Part shown: in pieces, positions 63,981-64,000 of the stretch | Layout of the letters: every line of letters begins with the position of its first letter | How positions within the stretch are numbered: position 1 is the stretch's first letter | DNA from: Octopus bimaculoides | Lineage: Eukaryota | Direction of reading: 5' to 3' | Assembly (NCBI RefSeq): GCF_001194135.2 | Contig: NC_068981.1 | Location: 177,006,561-177,070,560 of the forward strand | Length of the DNA stretch: 64,000 bases | Program-made: the position numbers and the translations under genes | Notes under the pieces: generated by a model | What the model saw: the letters and a program-made list of their open reading frames with translations, nothing else | The model's database searches: none | What the model was told of the DNA's origin: nothing

Positions 63981-64000
63981 CCTATAATATAGATGCTAAT

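Overview
AT-rich, microsatellite-dense eukaryotic scaffold with six N-gaps. The repeat families resemble those of an octopus or other coleoid cephalopod genome (inferred from memory of the SINE types, not searched). The only host coding sequence I can support is a 106-bp exon at 56316-56421 (+) encoding the start of the discoidin (F5/8C) domain of a discoidin domain receptor (DDR). A candidate first coding exon at 376-499, with a phase-compatible donor, would make almost the whole window one 55.8-kb intron. CpG is common in the first ~7.6 kb and strongly depleted afterwards, and the CpG decay is visible in the repeat copies. The intron holds two tRNA-derived SINE families (my labels A and B), RTE-type LINE pieces, hAT, mariner and piggyBac MITEs, a decayed mariner transposase, a decayed Gypsy pol, and a deleted piggyBac nested inside a MITE of its own family. 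The least expected signals are two degenerate minimal type-I hammerhead-ribozyme motifs in short Penelope/retrozyme-like repeats next to (TA)n, and three fold-back palindromes, one with perfect 45-bp arms. Most repeat boundaries are approximate to within 10-20 bp. There is no CRISPR, rRNA or intact tRNA gene.
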